A stretch of 64,000 nucleotides of DNA from Macrostomum hystrix (lineage: Eukaryota > Animalia > Platyhelminthes): contig CATNEN010000038.1 of assembly GCA_950097015.1 (NCBI GenBank), positions 21,514,001-21,578,000 on the forward strand, given 5' to 3'. A program made the position numbers and the translations under genes. The notes below the pieces were generated by a model that had not been told where the DNA came from, searched no databases, and saw nothing but the letters and a program-made list of their open reading frames with translations. Shown here one piece after another: positions 62,501 through 64,000 of this stretch; the stretch's first letter is position 1, and each line of letters opens with the position of its first letter.

Positions 62501-64000
62501 CTAAGATGTGTTTTCGATACTTCTTTAGTTTTAACGAATGCTACAGGCTGAAATCTGATAATTATTCACACGAAATAAGACGTATCCGATGTCTTTTGCC
62601 GAATGCAATACAAACTTCTATGAAGAATCATTCTTAACAGGACTAGAACGGAGAGATCTTCTAGAAGAAGGCACAGCCGACAGGAACTAGTTTCGGGTGT
62701 GGCTTAGCTGCATGTATAGGCGAGAGGCGCGGAATAATTTTGAGAGGGTGATTTTTAGATTGTGTATTTTTTTAAATATATACTGAATATACTTTTATGC
62801 TTGAAAACACTATTTATTAACTAGGCTATCACTATTAATTTACAATTGGTCGACAATAACTGCATGCGGCATGCGGTGTGCCGTGAGTCTGCCGCATGTA
62901 ATTATATGCGAGTAATTATCTCCCTGGGTAATTATCTCTGTTGGGTAATTATCTCTGTGGGTAATCATCTGTGGGTATTTACCTCAGTAAGTAAATTTTC
63001 TCCGTGGGATATTACCTCCCTAAGTAATTATCTCTGTGGGTGTTACCTCCCTAAGTAATTATCTCTGCGGGTGTTACCTCCCTAAGTAATTATCTCTGTG
63101 GGTGTTACCTCCCTAAGTAATTATCTCTGCGGGTGTTACCTCCCTAAGTAATTATCTCTGTGGGTGTTACCTCCCTAAGTTATTATCTCTGTGGGTGTTA
63201 CCTCCCTAAGTAATTATCTCTGTGGGTGTTACCTCCCTAAGTAATTATCTCTGTGGGTGTTACCTCCCTAAGTAATTATCTCTGCGGGTGTTACATCTCT
63301 AAGTAATTATCTCTGTGGGTGTTACCTCCCTAAGTAATTATCTCTGCGGGTGTTACCTCCCAAAGTAATTATCTCTGCGGGTGTTACCTCCCAAAGTAAT
63401 TATCTCTGTGGGTGTTAACTCCCTAAGTAATTAATTATCTCTGTGGGTGTTAACTCCCTAAGTAATTAATTATCTCTGTGGGTGTTAACTCCCTAAGTAA
63501 TTAATTATCTTCGGGGATAATTAGTCGCTTTACGCAATTTTATCGACATAAATGAATCTGGATGCTATCGTCTTTTAATTATCTTTATCTTCGTCTTATT
63601 GGCATAATACTACATATAACACACATAATAATTCTAGTTAACGACTGAACGTCCCATTTTAGGTGAAAATTCCTCAAAATACATAGATTTCTCGTTAAAA
63701 AACAGACTAGCTGTCCTTACCTGTCCAAAATTTGTTGGAAAGTAGGCAAAAAATGAAGATTCTTTGTCATTGCCACCATCTGTTTCGGCTTTATCTTTGA
63801 TCAGTTCAAATCGGACAACAACACCGCTGCCGCTCGCTACTGCTGGCGAACCAATCAGCGACACGGGTGGAGGCGTCCCAGGCGGCAGCAGCGACTGCGG
63901 CTCGTTTTGTTCAGTTTCGTCAGGTAAAACGGCCACCTCGTCGGCGTCTTCTTCGGCATCTTCGACCTCGCCGACGTCTAGGAAGACGTCATCGGAGCCG
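59537..64000 (-). CDS. Divergent MFS transporter, probably SLC16-like; 5'-partial
   Basis: Exons >64000-63721 (..FGQ|gtaagg), 62274-60711 (long Ser/Asn-rich loop, then LFSRPAYWLACLSYAL..VYLPPLL and several TM segments, ending G|gtaagt) and 59853-59537 (AIWLHW..TM..stop). Phases are consistent, and the last intron is phase 1 before the final TM, as in the neighbouring MCT gene. Confidence 0.72.
60001..60600. repeat. 16-bp minisatellite (GAGCTTAATCCCTAC[C/T])n, intronic
   Basis: Period 16. Confidence 0.93.
62905..63522. repeat. 31-bp minisatellite (GGGTGTTACCTCCCTAAGTAATTATCTCTGT)n, intronic
   Basis: Period 31; 35-bp variants at the end. Confidence 0.93.

Overview
Eukaryotic (animal) genomic DNA with GT-AG introns and very many intronic minisatellites. 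The style suggests a flatworm such as Macrostomum, but that is an unverified inference. Four genes are visible: (1) a 5'-partial full-size ABCA transporter, + strand, 19 exons from 397 to 28208, with consistent intron phases; (2) a type-I membrane protein with a signal peptide, a lectin-like domain, Ig domains and a TM helix (31168-34417, +); (3) an SLC16/MCT transporter (45804-52477, -); (4) a 5'-partial divergent SLC16-like MFS gene (59537->64000, -). Mobile DNA comprises a 5'-truncated RNase H-type LINE with a 13-bp TSD, an internally deleted mariner, and tRNA-derived SINEs that share modules. Nearly all long ORFs in the ORF track are translations of tandem repeats. The main finding is in ABCA intron 9224-14628: five apparently identical ~180-bp cassettes separated by (GGGAGAGTGA)n. 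On the minus strand each reads tRNA-like A box, then a complete type I hammerhead ribozyme placed in the anticodon arm, then B box, then a T7 Pol III terminator. The hammerhead has a palindromic minimal stem III that points to dimer-dependent cleavage.
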